In this document: positions 13,839 to 23,584 of the stretch, one piece after another
Layout of the letters: each line of letters opens with the position of its first letter
Position numbering within the stretch: position 1 is the stretch's first letter
Assembly (NCBI RefSeq): GCF_964355755.1
Contig: NC_092671.1
Span: forward strand, 1,488,001 to 1,552,000
Direction of reading: 5' to 3'
Origin: Antedon mediterranea
Taxonomy: Eukaryota > Animalia > Echinodermata
Length of the DNA: 64,000 nucleotides
Notes under the pieces: model-generated
Seen by the model: the letters and a program-made list of their open reading frames with translations, nothing else
What the model was told of the DNA's origin: nothing
Databases searched by the model: none
Made by a program: the position numbers and the translations under genes

Positions 13839-14393
13839 TGCGAGTTGCGAGTTGCGAGTTGGAAAATGCGAGTTGCGAGTTGGAAAATGCGAGTTGCGGG
13901 TCGGAAAGTGCGAGTTGCGGGTCGGAAAATGCGAGTTGCGAGTGGGAAAGTGCGAGTTGCGAGTCGGAAAGTGCGAGTTGCGGGTCGGAAAGTGCGAGTT
14001 GCGGGTCGGAAAATGCGAGTTGCGGGTCGGAAAGTGCGAGTTGCGGGTCGGAAAATGCGAGTTGCGGGTCGGAAAGTGCGAGTTGCGGGTCGGAAAATGC
14101 GAGTTGCGAGTCGGAAAATGCGAGTTGCGAGTCGGAAAATGCGAGTTGCGGGTCGAAAATGCGAGTTGCGGGTCGGAAAATGCGAGTTGCGAGTCGGAAA
14201 ATGCGAGTTGCGAGTCGGAAAATGCGAGTTGCGGGTCGGAAAATGCGAGTTGCGGGTCGGAAAATGCGAGTTGCGGGTCGGAAAATGCGAGTTGCGGGTC
14301 GGAAAATGCGAGTTGCGGGTCGGAAAATGCGAGTTGCGGGTCGGAAAATGCGAGTTGCGGGTCGGAAAAAGCGAGTTGCGGGTCGGAAATTGC
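13839..14393 (+). repeat. 21-bp tandem array GCGAGTTGCG(G/A)GTCGGAAA(A/G)T, ~26 units (left arm)
   Basis: Direct reading. It starts with (GCGAGTT)3. Confidence 0.95.
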
Positions 14394-14877
14394 AAAAATA
14401 ATTTTTCAAGGAGGTCGTACCATCCAAAAAAATAATACATGAACCAAACAATCAGTAAATAAATTACAATTTAAATTTTGTTTAGTTTTTTTCATATTGT
14501 GACCTGTTTAACAATTATAGACTAGTGATTCCTTTTTTAACATGGATGTTTAAAAATGGTTGAAATGAACTTATTTTGTATTTCAACACAAAACAATTAT
14601 GTTATTGATACTTTATATTTTGAAATAATATAATTGTAAATATAGTAGATTAAAGTTATTATTTAATTTGTTTGCAATTACTGATAATGATACAATTACT
14701 AATAATGATACAATAAATTATGTACATGTATTTTTGCCTTGTTAAATGAGAAAATAATAATAAATTGGTAAGAAAAACTCACATTAAAAAGTACAGTTTG
14801 TATTGTTTACAGTATTTAGGTAAGATGATTAATGATGATTAAAAACAGACATGATGGTTGGAGTCATTAGTACTACT

Positions 14878-15094
14878 TTGTATTTATTTGTATTTTTGTA
14901 TTTTGTATTAATATTTGTCCTCAGTGAGGAAATTCGGATTAGGCCCTCCACGGACCCACGGCAGCCAGCAGTGCAGCGCCTACCAGATTAGGCAATGAGA
15001 GTAAAGCATCTTGCCTAAGGATGCAATTAGTCTGGTACAGATAACCTCGAACCCATGCCTATCACATGCTAGTCCGATATTACCATTACACCAT
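14878..15094 (-). mobile_element. tRNA-derived SINE
   Basis: Minus strand: A-box TGGTGTAATGG, B-box GGTTCGAGG, body 'tccttaggcaagatgctttactctcattgcct', and an (AATACA)-like tail. Confidence 0.7.
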
Positions 15095-15108
15095 CACTCT
15101 CCAGTATA

Positions 15109-15182
15109 TACAGCACCCGCCACGATTTCTAGACGGTCTCCCATCCAGAACGCAACCGGGCCCAACGTTGCTTAACTTCGGT
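15109..15182 (-). pseudogene. 5S rRNA-derived fragment (3' ~60%, with internal control region)
   Basis: Minus strand CCGAAGTTAAGCAACGTTGGGCCCGGTT...TGGATGGGAGACCGTCTAGAAAT...CGGGTGCTGTA resembles metazoan 5S rRNA box A (AAGCTAAGCAGG), box C (TGGATGGGAGACC) and the 3' end. The 5' part of 5S is absent. Confidence 0.75.
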
Positions 15183-15968
15183 CCCATAAACAGGGCAAGG
15201 AAACACATACCATACCTACAGATAATGGTCAAATTTTCAAAGCTATATTATTTTCTTAGAATCATAGTCAATTCTTTATGTTTATAATATTTTTTTGTTA
15301 AACATTTTCAGACAAACTGTCCATAGATACATATAAATACATATGAATACAAAAAAAAAGAGAAGAAATACACAGTTTATTATGTGTAACACCCATCAGC
15401 AAATCATGGAGAGGACCAATTAATGTATCTATTGAAATATAGTGCATCTCTCCAATTAAAATACATTCTGGAATCTAACCATATATTCATAATCTACATT
15501 TTGTTTGCTTTTCATAATTTTGGAAAGAAGACTGTAAATTGTCAACCTAAAAAAGATGGAATATTGTTTTCTACAAATAATTTTCTCTGACTTAGATATC
15601 GGATTGTCAACAACAACATGCGGAATAAACACAAATACATGCTTTAGTATGTACACGTACAGTACAGTAGGCATCTGTCAAATGTACTATGTGTATTTAA
15701 AGTAACTTTAGCAGGGTACAGATTTAAATACTGAAATCACTGGTTTGTTTTTAGAGAAAATATAACTTATAACTAAGATAATTCAAATTTACTTGAATTG
15801 AATTGTTGAATTTAGGTGACAATAATCATTGATCTGCGCCCACAATTACATAGGAGAAGGAATTATTATTACTTATATACAGTATTGTTTGATGAAATGT
15901 GTGATACAGTAGGTGAAATGAAGTTGTATTTTAGTTGTTGTTCAACGCGATGATCAAATATACAACAC

Positions 15969-16051
15969 TTTTTAATTTTAATTTTTTATTTGATTATGTT
16001 TTTCCTTTGTAATGTATTATATGATGAAATAAAAAAAAAAAAAAAAAAAAA
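15969..16051 (+). mobile_element. Short 5'-truncated retroposed insertion with poly(A) and TSD
   Basis: AATAAA runs into ~24 A. Flanked by the direct repeat AAATATACAACAC (15956-15968 and 16052-16064). Confidence 0.65.
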
Positions 16052-16951
16052 AAATATACAACACACTAAGAATGTAAAATTAAACTGTACATTTTGTATT
16101 GCAAGTGAAAAGATGCAGTAGAGTCGCATATAAAAAAACACTTGATCCTCAAATAAATGAATACACAGAATACATTAGAAAGTACTGGAATCAACACAGT
16201 GTTGCTTGCTTATGAATTGGTTAAACTGACTGATTAAATGAGGAGATTGCACCCTTATTTATATCTTATTGATATATGGGGGTGTCAATTATGACTTCAT
16301 CGCATAACTTAGAGATGAGAATAGTTAGTTTTTAGATGAAACTTAAATGACATCATCATCTTTAAGAAGAAATTATAGATGACATCATACCAACTTAAGT
16401 CACAATCCCTTATTTGGTATAGTACACAACAAGTGTCCATGACAGGTAAATGTCATAACATAATGGGCCCTTTGGGAGTACCTAGTACAAAAGTCTGCAT
16501 AGTGTAGTGCTGACTTATACAAGTAATAATATGTTAACAATTATATGAAAATGATTGTGTAAATAATAAAGTTAAAAGTAAAGTCTAAAAGTAAAAATGC
16601 ATTAAAAATCATGTGGTGGGCTAAACTGTCAGGCTTCTTATATTTATTAGTAGGTAGCAGACACAAATCTACAATGTGGACCTTTATCAAAGCAGTCATT
16701 AATTGTTTTAGTAAAAGATACCTGCCCCAGGGTGTGAGTTAATTGCTTCATGGAGACCATGATGAAGAATTCATTATCTTTTAAACCTACCACCAACCCC
16801 ACCTCAGCTCCTCCTCCCAACCAAGATCCACATACCATACATCCCTGAGATGGTTCAAATGTAGTAAATTTTAAATCAGATTATTTGATACAACATTACC
16901 TCTAAATGCCAGTATTTCCTTATACATGAACATTCAAACAAACAAAAATAA

Positions 16952-17494
16952 GCGAGTTAAAAAAAAATCTGCGAGTTAAAAAAAATCTGCGAGTTAAAAA
17001 AAAATCTGCGAGTTAAAAAAAATCTGCGAGTTAAAAAAAAATCTGCGAGTTAAAAAAAAATGTGCGAGTTAAAAAAAAATGTGCGAGTTAAAAAAAAATG
17101 TGCGAGTTAAAAAAAAATCTGCGAGTCCAAAAAAATCTGCGAGTTAAAAAAAAATCTGCGAGTTAAAAAAAATTTGCGAGTTAAAAAAAAATCTGCGAGT
17201 TAAAAAAAAATCTGCGAGTTAAAAAAAATCTGCGAGTTAAAAAAAAATCTGCGAGTTAAAAAAAAATCTGCGAGTTAAAAAAAATTTGCGAGTTAAAAAA
17301 AAATCTGCGAGTTAAAAAAAAATCTGCGAGTAAAAAAAAAATCTGCGAGTTAAAAAAAATTTGCGAGTTAAAAAAAATCTGCGAGTTAAAAAAAAATCTG
17401 CGAGTTAAAAAAAATTTGCGAGTTAAAAAAAAAATCTGCGAGTTAAAGACAAATCTGCCAGTTACAAAACAAATCTGCCAGTTACAAAACAAAT
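16952..17494 (+). repeat. 18-20-bp tandem array GCGAGTT(A)8-10TCT, ~29 units
   Basis: Direct reading. The terminal units drift to GCCAGTTACAAAACAAATCT. Confidence 0.95.
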
Positions 17495-17688
17495 GCTTGA
17501 TTTAAAAACATAAATGTTATATATTTATCAGTTACAATTGGATAACCCTTCTCTTTTAACATTTTGGTGAGCCACTTGAGTGTTCATTTCGATTTTAATC
17601 TTTTGGATTTTGAACTCTTTACTTTGTTTTGTTTTTGTCTGATGAAATAAATGAAAAAATATACATATTTGAAAATTCTCACTCTGTT

Positions 17689-17732
17689 TATATATATATG
17701 TGTGTGTGTGTGTGTGTGGGGGGGGGGGGGGG
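17689..17732. repeat. Compound microsatellite (TA)n(TG)n(G)n
   Basis: Direct reading. Confidence 0.9.
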
Positions 17733-18241
17733 TGGTATTAAGGTGGCACATAAGGAGATACTGGCATGTTTGCATTAGTAGTTATTATTTGTTTTTTGTA
17801 CTAAAAACAAGTTAAATTAAATCAATGGCAATCACATAGATAAAAGAAGATAAAAGTAAGAGATAAACTGGTCACTCATCTGCAAACAATAATAAATCAA
17901 AAGGTATTATATTCCATTTTAAATTACTTGAGATTGTTTTACAATGGACCTAAGAGAGTCCTCCCAACCAACACCAACTCCTTCAAATGTAGTAAATTTT
18001 AAATCAAAGTAGATTATTTTGATACCTCACTACCTTAAATCCATGCCAGTATCTCCTTATATGCACACTTTACCCTGCACCCTTAAAAAGCTTCCGTCCA
18101 TCCATGTACAAATTCCGGTTATCACTATCATCACTTTATCTCTCTTCTACCAGAGAAAATCCAGAAGAATAGTGTTCAGAACATTCAGAATACAGACACA
18201 GGTAGTGGACTGCACTAAACACTTTAAGCATGTCAAAACAC

Positions 18242-18457
18242 GGGTGTTTCGAAACTAGACCCGAGACCAGAGACCAGAGACCCGAGACCCTATACGAAAA
18301 GGGAGACCCCACTATACGAAAAGGGAGACTCCACTATACGAAAATGGAGACCCCACTATACGAAAAGGGAGACCCCACTATACGAAAAGGGAGACCCAAA
18401 TATACGAAAAGGGAGACCCAAATATACGAAAAGGGAGACCTAAATATACGAAAAGGG
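18242..18457 (+). repeat. Orphan transposon-like end: 14-bp lead, heptamer repeats, then 8 x 22-bp TATACGAAAAGGGAGACCCCAC
   Basis: GGGTGTTTCGAAAC followed by five (T/G)AGACC(C/A) heptamers and then 22-bp units at 18291-18457. Confidence 0.8.
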
Positions 18458-18935
18458 GTTGTATGGTGTTAAATCATATGTTACGGGCTCTTGGCCTATA
18501 CTCATCTCGTGGAGTTTTTGCCTGAGAAACAGTGTTTCTTCACCAAGTGAATCTAATCTAGGCCTACCTCCAGTGCTTAGCCTAGAACTGTAGTAAGCAC
18601 TGACTTAACTAAAACATAAACAAGTTGAGCATTCAGAAACAAATAATGCTAAAGTGAATAATAAAAAAATATTGTAAGCAGTGTTAAGAAAATAATTAAA
18701 TTTCTTGCCATTGTCATATATGCCACAATAGGTTAATTTTGGTGATCATCCTACACTATGTACAGAGTCTACACACCTGGGTGGGTTGTATCATGTCGCA
18801 CTGGTCGCACATATGCGAGCAAAAATGCAGATCAAATATAATGATTAATTGTTTCATATCACATGCTCAGGCAATTTGTTTCTAACATCCACAATACAAC
18901 CCACTCTATTTTGTTTAGGTAGGACTGGTGTATTT

Positions 18936-19440
18936 GACCCGCAACTCGCGTTTTCCGACCCGCAACTCGCGTTTTCCGACCCGCAACTCGCGTTTTCCGA
19001 CCTGCAACTCGCGTTTTCCGACCCGCAACTCGCGTTTTCCGACTCGCAACTCGCGTTTTCCGACTCGCAACTCGCGTTTTCCGACTCGCAACTCGCGTTT
19101 TCCGACTCGCAACTCGCACTTTCCGACTCGCAACTCGCACTTTCCGACTCGCAACTCGCACTTTCCGACTCGCAACTCGCACTTTCCGACTCGCAACTCG
19201 CACTTTCCGACTCGCAACTCGCACTTTCCGACTCGCAACTCGCACTTTCCGACTCGCAACTCGCACTTTCCGACTCGCAACTCGCACTTTCCGACTCGCA
19301 ACTCGCACTTTCCGACTCGCAACTCGCACTTTCCGACTCGCAACTCGCACTTTCCGACTCGCAACTCGCACTTTCCGACTCGCAACTCGCACTTTCCGAC
19401 TCGCAACTCGCACTTTCCGACTCGCAACTCGCAACTTGCA
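18936..19440 (-). repeat. 21-bp tandem array, ~24 units (right arm, inverted relative to 13839-14393)
   Basis: Plus strand GACTCGCAACTCGCACTTTCC / GACCCGCAACTCGCGTTTTCC is the reverse complement of the left-arm unit. Confidence 0.95.
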
Positions 19441-20283
19441 TTGAAGTAACACTCCATGAAAATACTTCTCCTCCTCCCTGTCCACCATTTTAATAAACAG
19501 TTTAGGCAGGATGGGAGGATGGAGGTTGTAAGCCTGGAGTCAAGGGGGGAGCTCCAATGGGTAGCAAAGATAACGCCCAAAGCTGACATAGAAAATATTT
19601 GTATTTTGCGCTATACAAATTAAAAAAATTAAATTAAACCATTAAACAAAGATGGTGTTAAGAAGGTTGAAGTGTTTTGCTTTTTAAGAATAATATTTTT
19701 TCAAGTTGGGATGACTAGAGAATACATTTGTGGAGAACTGATGTTAACATAAAAACAGCATGTGTTGCATCATATGTATATAATAGTAATCTTAGATATT
19801 TGTGGTTTTATGTGATGACTGGATTGAGTGCTTGGCATTCTGTGTGGGCGTCTTATGATGCATCCTAAGTATTCAATGATTCATCATTCATCATTAGGAT
19901 TATGTTAATTGTTATTTTAATTTATTTTGTTTGATTTTCATTCATTATTGAATATAAGTATACTTAGTAATTTCTATGCCAATAAACCAACTAACAGTAG
20001 GTTATACAGGAAACCAATAATTATTTCATCTTTTCTTCTTTCATCCATTGGTACATTTATCCTCCTTTTTTTTCTTCTTTCATCCCTTGGTGCATTTATC
20101 CTCTTTTCATTTTTCTCCTTCATGTTGTTGTCTTTCTCCTTTTTCATTTATCTCATCATTTTTTTACATGATATTTGCTTCTTTTTATTTGGCTTTAAAA
20201 ATGAATCACAATTTATTCAGTTTTAATTGATTTGCAAATATATACACATATGTAGTATGAATAAAAGTACAGTTATAAAGTGT

Positions 20284-20602
20284 GGGTGAGTGGCCGAGCG
20301 GTTAAGACAGTGGAACCGTAATCACGTAGCCATAACATCGGCAGGGGTTCGAGGCTCACTCACTCCATGGTTCTGGTGGTAGAACGAGTCTTCTCGGATA
20401 AGGACTATAAACAGTAGGTCCAGTGTACACAACTTGCTCGTGTGCACTTTAAAGAACCTAGTACATCTTTCGAGACGAGTAGGGGGTTACCCCGGTGTAG
20501 TAGTACATCACAGCCACTGATCACCAACTGGGCCCTCTGGGAGACCAGTCTTTGACTGAAGAGGTTACCCAGTATAAATATATATTTCAATCAATCAATC
20601 AA
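20284..20602 (+). mobile_element. Full-length tRNA-derived SINE with Deu/Nin central domain (copy 1)
   Basis: A-box TGGCCGAGCGG and B-box GGTTCGAGGC. The central TCGGATAAGGACTATAAAC..AGGTCC...TTTAAAGAACC...GAGTAGGGGGTTACCCCGGTG resembles the Deu domain of AmnSINE1-type SINEs as recalled. (TCAA)n tail. Confidence 0.85.
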
Positions 20603-21382
20603 GTAAACAAGTAAACATACACTGAACTAAAGTATATACTAGTTATACCACCAGTACCAAAATGAAAGTTTCTAAAATCCAATAAAACACTAACAAATAT
20701 GTCTTTTGCATCACACATACTTGTGTATTATAACAAATTTGACAGCAAACTTTTCACAGAGGGAATTTAGGAATTTTACAACTGCTTCCCCTGGGCTATT
20801 CCACAGGTGACCCAGATTCATCAAAAGAGCGATTGTGTCATATTCAATAGGCACAATGTCAAGTAGCCCTATTCACAGCCAGTAGGTGTGAAATAAATCC
20901 TTTTAAGATTTTAAAGTCAATATTTTTATGTGAATTTTACACTTGGTAAAAGCACCAGATGAAAGAGTATTCCAATATTTATTTGATCTGTTTTCCTGTA
21001 ACATTCTATTAATCAGTGGATAGGAGAGTACAGTACAAACAAACAAAGTTTAATGTAAATATAATTACAAAGTTAATACAATGGATATATCTTTATACAG
21101 TCTGGGAAAATGGCAAAAGGCTTCCTACTTTCTAGGAGTTTTATCAGCTTGATGACAGTGCTGATTTTGCCATTTTTTATATATTATATTAAAATATTGT
21201 TCCCTCTGTGGGCTCTCTGTACATGGTTTCTCTACAATGAATATCACTCGAGTATGGCACATGAATGGAATAGAAAGAGTGGCATTATTAAATGAATAGA
21301 TCTGAGGACCTTGACAATCACATTTTCTTCCTTTATTTTCTTCCATTTTCTGTTCTGCTACTTTTCATATTTTGTGTTTCAA

Positions 21383-22121
21383 TTCATTTCACCTCTTTCA
21401 TTTCAATTCTTTCATTTCACCTCTTTCATTTCACCTCTTTCATTTCACTTCTTTCATTTCACCTCTTTCATTTCACCTCTTTCATTTCACCTCTTTCATT
21501 TCACCTCTTTCATTTCACCTCTTTCATTTCACTTCTTTCATTTCACTTCTTTCATTTCACTTCATTCATTTCACTTCTTTCATTTCACCTCTTTCATTTC
21601 ACCTCTTTCATTTCACTTCTTTCATTTCACTTCTTTCATTTCACTTCTTTCATTTCACCTCTTTCATTTCACCTCTTTCATTTCACCTCTTTCATTTCAC
21701 TTCTTTCATTTCACCTCTTTCATTTCACCTCTTTCATTTCACCTCTTTCATTTCACTTCTTTCATTTCACCTCTTTCATTTCACCTCTTTCATTTCACCT
21801 CTTTCATTTCACCTCTTTCATTTCACCTCTTTCATTTCACCTCTTTCATTTCACTTCTTTCATTTCACTTCTTTCATTTCACTTCTTTCATTTCACCTCT
21901 TTCATTTCACCTCTTTCATTTCACCTCTTTCATTTCACCTCTTTCATTTCACTTCTTTCATTTCACCTCTTTCATTTCACCTCTTTCATTTCACCTCTTT
22001 CATTTCACTTCTTTCATTTCACCTCTTTCATTTCACCACTTTCATTTCACCTCTTTCATTTCACCTCTTTCATTTCACCTCTTTCATTTCACCTCTTTCA
22101 TTTCACCTCTTCTTTCATTTC
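21383..22121. repeat. 15-bp tandem array TTTCATTTCAC(C/T)TCT, ~49 units
   Basis: Direct reading. It generates the F/S/H-rich ORFs at 21292-22156. Confidence 0.97.
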
Positions 22122-23207
22122 CGTTAGAAAACAAATTCCTTTCAATTCATAGATAAAAATAAAAACACAGTATATTATAAATACTGAAAAAATGTCAAAA
22201 TATTTTTACATTTTTACAAAAAGCTTTAAATCTCAATTGATTTAATTTGCGTAATATAGTGTTTTTTTTTTGCACTTGTTTGTATGTATATTATTATTAA
22301 TATTAGATCACCTTGCTTGGCTTCATCACAGATGCTTTATCTAAACATAAACTGATTTATTTACAGATTATAACTCTACAATCTAAACGTAACTTTCTGG
22401 TCGATTGTGCACAAGGAATTATTGTCAACATGTTGTGTTGAACAAAATTTGAACTTTGTAGTAGTAATATAAACTATATAATGTTTATTGTATTCCTTGT
22501 CACCATCTGACAAGTGTCATTAGCAGAGTTTCTTCAAGCTAACAGATGGTTGATGTTATAAACAATCTCTTTTTATAATATTTTCAAAATTCCTATATTT
22601 CAGGTGTTTTATACATTTCTTATCATCAGCTGACATTTCTCCGGTTGATAAAAAACTTGTAAATACGTGCAAATATCCATCATTGGAAAACACATATACT
22701 GCTAGATCCTTCTTTATATAGAATAGTTTATATTCCAATCTATACTTTTAGGGGTCAAATTTTATTTATTTTTAATAGGATATATAAATTGATTCATGAT
22801 GTGTTGGAATGCAGTAAATTGAATAGGTTTTCAGATCTCAGATGACATTTTATAAAATAATGTTTGCACTCAATACATACCTTGTTGACTGTTTACAACA
22901 AGCAACAGAAGTAGATTATTTCTCCAGGGAGCAGTATATGTGTTCCACAGGCATTTTTTCCAATTATTGGGGTAATATATGAAGTGCCTGTAGGCCTTGA
23001 TAATGTGCAGCAACCAAATGGGTTAATGGTTCTACCTACTGCCATATATGACTGAGTATATCCCTATTCAGAATAAAAAATAAACATTTAGGTTAATTTC
23101 AGGAACAATAATTTGGTAAATTCTGTTATTGAGTATAATCCGACCTCCTAATTTTGCATTTTCATTTAAAACTCATAGCGTTAAGACTATATACTCAGTC
23201 TTTTTGC

Positions 23208-23584
23208 AACTAGAGGGTACTCCGAGAGTACAAACCTCCTTAGTTCTAGGTGTAAATAGGCTAACTGCACACTACAAAGTTGTGGATGACAGTGTGGTGT
23301 AATGGTTATGTATCCAGCCTCTCACAGTTGAGATCGCTGGTTCAAGTCCTGCTGAGGTTTTTTTTTGTATTATTATTTTTTTTTTTTTTGTGGACCTTGA
23401 TTTTTTACCCTGACCCAAATTTAACCACAATTATATGATAAGTCATTGATCATTGTGGCTAAGTTTGGTGAGAATCGGATAAAAACTGTGGTCTCCAGGC
23501 AGTAAAATAGTTTTTTGTTAGTTGTGACCTTGACCTATGACCTTTCCCCTCAAATTCGGACTCGTCCGAGCTTGGCGGAGGTAA
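23208..23584 (-). mobile_element. Short HINE-like (Helitron/Helentron-associated) element
   Basis: The minus-strand 3' end is hairpin GTACTC-tcg-GAGTAC followed by CCTCTAG. Subterminal IR ACCTCC (23234-23239)/GGAGGT (23577-23582) within CTTGGCGGAGGTAA. Internal TGACCTTGACCTATGACCT motifs and palindrome TCGGAC-tc-GTCCGA. Confidence 0.65.
23288..23366 (+). pseudogene. tRNA-Glu(CTC)-like Pol III cassette inside the HINE-like element
   Basis: A-box TGGTGTAATGG (23295), CTCTCAC anticodon-loop-like heptamer, B-box GGTTCAAGTCC (23339) and T9 terminator (23358-23366). The stems are imperfect, so it is not a functional tRNA. Confidence 0.55.

Larger units (their letters stand above)
13825..19454. mobile_element. 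Foldback/MULE-like non-autonomous element, 5630 bp, tandem-repeat TIRs, 9-bp TSD
   Basis: CATGAAAAT at 13816-13824 and 19455-19463. Left end GAGGGTTTCTTTTCTGCGAGTTGCGAG aligns without gaps to the reverse complement of the right end, GAGTGTTACTTCAATGCAAGTTGCGAG. The arms are inverted 21-bp arrays. No transposase ORF inside. Confidence 0.8.

Noticed and set aside
13790-14451. Five overlapping ~200-aa ORFs (e.g. ELRVGKC, SENASCG repeats)
   Set aside because: They are open in most frames on both strands only because the 21-bp unit has no stop codons. The array is a transposon arm.
15109-15225. Functional 5S rRNA gene
   Set aside because: The 5' ~45 nt do not match 5S, there are many substitutions, and no T-run terminator follows.
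18849-19589. Five long ORFs over the right 21-bp array
   Set aside because: Same tandem-repeat artefact.
21292-22156. 250-286-aa F/S/H-rich ORFs
   Set aside because: Open in all three plus frames because of the 15-bp G-free unit. No coding signature.
23288-23366. Functional tRNA-Glu gene
   Set aside because: The acceptor, D and anticodon stems do not pair properly. Kept only as a tRNA-like cassette.
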